Shown: piece by piece, positions 61,251 to 64,000 of the stretch
How the letters are laid out: each line of letters opens with the position of its first letter
Position numbering within the stretch: position 1 is the stretch's first letter
Origin: Vicugna vicugna
Taxonomy: Eukaryota
Assembly: GCA_013265495.1 (NCBI GenBank)
Contig: MU058065.1
Location: 9,589,720 to 9,653,719, forward strand
Length of the DNA stretch: 64,000 nucleotides
Direction: 5' to 3'
Made by a program: the position numbers and the translations under genes
The notes under the pieces: generated by a model
Database searches by the model: none
The model's input: the letters and a program-made list of their open reading frames with translations, nothing else
What the model was told of the DNA's origin: nothing

Positions 61251-63574
61251 GAACTAGTCTCAAAGACTGAATATGATGGGTCAGTAGGAAGGGGTAAAGG
61301 ACATCTCTTTGCCAAGGAACCAGTGTTTAAAGAAACATGAAAATATGAAGGAAAAAAACCCCACATTTTGCTTTGGATAGGGCAAGGAGTTCAGTGTAAC
61401 TGAATGGGAAGTGAGCGGGGGAAAGAAAGAGGTTAGAGATGATGAGGGGACACGGGAGGGAGGGCAGGGTGGTGGGCTGCTGAAAGAAATGGTATGAGAG
61501 TTCAAAGGAAGGTGAGATCGAGGGTCAGAACAGTCATCTCAGAATTGTTGCATTTGAGAGGTTAGATGAGGATCTATATTTTGTTTGAAAGGACAGTTAA
61601 ATCTTAGACAAGCAGAGAGTTATGGGAAAGCATTCTCGACAAGGGAAATGAAATGAATTACGGCTTAGAGGCCAGAATATACTGGAATTCTTCCTTTTCT
61701 AGTAAAAGCTGTGTCCCTTTTTAACCTCTATACATGTTTCATCAGTTTTTTTTTCTGGTCTATTTTCCATAATGAATTGTGTGGGAAAAAAGTTTTTACC
61801 AAAAATTTGCCTAAATCTTAGAGAAAAAATCCTAAAGAGAATATTTTACTTTTCCTAGGTGTTTTGTTTGACTGAAAGTAAGTTAGAAAAAAATGGGGAA
61901 GGTGATCATTTTTCGTTCATAACTGTAGACTAGCTAATACATTTTGGGCTGCATGATATTTTGTTTATTAAGCTCACTATCAGCCTCTTTTGTTGCCAGC
62001 TGAAGTGCAGTAATAAGATTTTGTTCCAAATTTTACACTTTGCCAAAGGTCTGTTTCTCAGCTGCATTTTGGGAACAGCTGTCAGCCCCAAGCAATCTGA
62101 TTGCTTTTCATGAATGATAAATCACTTTCCTGTACACTGATTTGTTTAGGTACAATAGGAAGAGACATCTTTCCACCTAGTATGTTAGCAGAGGAATTGG
62201 TAGAGTATTATGGTGGGGGAGAAGTGTGAAAGTTCTAGTGGGTGTTTCCTTAGTACTTAAATGTTCAATTAATGATAATTTCATTTTGAGTGGATACAGG
62301 AAAGAAATTCTCTTTATTAGTGGGTCTGAAGGCAGCAGGAAAAAGCAGTGGTCCTTTCTCTATTAGGAGCCATTATCAGTTTACTACTGGATCATCTGTT
62401 TGAAAATAAAGAGATTCTCCAGGATCATTCATTTGTTTAAAAAATTGCCCATACCAAGTTGTGAGGGTTAAACGGGTGTTGGAAGTTACAAAAAGGAAGC
62501 TCAGCTTTCATTAAAGTATTCAATTAGTGAGACTCAGCAGTCCATGAAAATATTTATCATATTCCCAGCTCAGTTCAGACTTTATCTGCTCCAGTTTTCC
62601 TTGCACAGAATCACAGACATCTACGTTTGCTGCTTCACATCCAGGGGAACAGGAGAAAGGCTGGAGGTGGTGGGGGCATCTCATCCTTAATGTATTATAT
62701 TTACTGCTTGAATTTTAGTTTTGGAAAGAAAAGTTTTGAAGTGAGAAGTGAGGGATTCAAGTCTTTCTTTTGCCTTGATGTTTGTTCCTCATGGTGGTAT
62801 CCCTTTGTCTGCCTGGTGGGCTACTGTCAACATCTTTCTGTGAGAGATCCTGTCATTCTATTTGCCTAACTCTTCTTCTTGAATATAAAAAAAGATAATC
62901 CTAAATCATAGATTTTCACTAAGAACAGTAAGTGGCCTGCGATGGCATATTCAGTTTTTGGCCCCCAATTTGTTGAAGTTTCTCCCTTCATTGTAAGCAT
63001 AGATGGCCTTGCCAGGCACCCCATGCCCTCATCCTGTGTGCCTCCTTTCTGTGTGCCCCCAACCTCTGTCGGGGCTCCTTGGGGACTGGCGAGTGCAGCC
63101 AAGCTGACTTGTACAATCAGACAAAGCAGAAAAACTATTGGCATCATTCCTCAGCTGGATGTCAGCAGGCCAGGCACTTACTGCAGGGATGCTCTTTTAT
63201 TTTAATAAGTAATTTATTTAATGAGCCGACAATGGCAAAATGTCAAATACAGAGACTTCAAGGATGAACAACACAATTATAAGGAGCAGGAAGTCTGTTG
63301 GGCTTGTGATATTCAGCATCCTCGGAAATGACGTTCCTTGAGCTGATTTCAAAATCACTTGGCAACTGACTTGAAAAAGGATCTCTGCCATTAGTCTTGA
63401 GAGAAGTGATGTCACCCATATGAAGGTTCAGAGTTAGTAATATGAGCATGGCAAGTTCTGAGTGTAGACAGTGTGGGGTAATATGGTGGGTTGTCATATT
63501 TGGTGAGAAGCCTTATAGCTGGCCCAATGGAGTGCCTCCTCCTGCCAAGTCACCTGTGTGGCAGCATCTGATGC

Positions 63575-63750
63575 TTGCACTCAGTGTGGCCAAGGGAGAG
63601 GAAAGAGACCTCCACTTTGGTTCTGCTGTCAATTCTAGGTGTGTCCTTGGATGATTCACTTTAGGCTCTGAGGTGTTTGTCCTCTCATGTTAAATGGAAG
63701 GGCCTGAAGTTTGAAAAGCTTTGAGTTGCTTTCCAGATTCTGAGATCTGA
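63575..63750 (+). mobile_element. MIR SINE
   Basis: GGTGTGTCCTTGGATGATTCACTTTAGGCTCTGAGG...CCTCTCATGTTAAATGG...TTTCCAGATTCTGAGATCTGATT. Confidence 0.6.
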
Positions 63751-63904
63751 TTTTCCCTTAAAGTAATATCCCTTCCAGTGTACAAGATGTGTTCATTAAT
63801 TCCTCACACCTGGCTCTGGTTGGTTGCTTTCAAATCCTATAAAAGTAATAAACCAGTTAACCTGAATGTAGAATATAAAGGCTTATAGTAATTCTACTGA
63901 TCCA

Positions 63905-64000
63905 ACCTTAATTTAATAATTATCTATGAGTACCTACTGGATGCCAGGTACTATTTTAGGCACCAGACTTACGGCAAAACATCCTTGCTGTCATTAAGCT
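63905..64000 (-). mobile_element. L2 3' end
   Basis: TATGAGTACCTACTGGATGCCAGGTACTATTTTAGGCACCAG. Confidence 0.65.

Noticed and set aside
1..64000. A novel multi-gene system, CRISPR array or operon
   Set aside because: The sequence is repeat-rich mammalian DNA with no long ORFs, no repeat-spacer array and no prokaryotic gene organisation.

Overview
This is mammalian (eutherian) genomic DNA, most likely camelid: it carries tRNA-Ala-derived SINE copies resembling the camelid vic-1 family. Much of it is interspersed repeat: L1, L2, CR1/L3, MIR, MaLR/ERVL/ERV1 LTRs and hAT/Tigger DNA transposon relics. The main host-gene landmark is a ~1 kb CpG island at ~46.35-47.40 kb, with a YY1 site, GC boxes and a + strand 5' splice site at 46813. 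This suggests an apparently non-coding first exon followed by a long + strand intron, possibly with a divergent minus-strand transcript. I could not identify the gene and found no credible host protein-coding exon; ORF-track entries are chance ORFs or transposon relics. I found no evidence of a new biological system. The best observations are: a tandem array of perfect DR3 nuclear-receptor sites inside an MLT1 LTR, an unidentified processed-mRNA retrocopy, a full-length old L1 with intact 14-bp TSD, a twin-primed inverted L1, a readable CR1/L3 RT fossil, an inverted pair of ERV1 LTRs and motif-dense candidate enhancers. Repeat family names come from recalled consensus similarity, not a search, and repeat boundaries are approximate unless a TSD is given.
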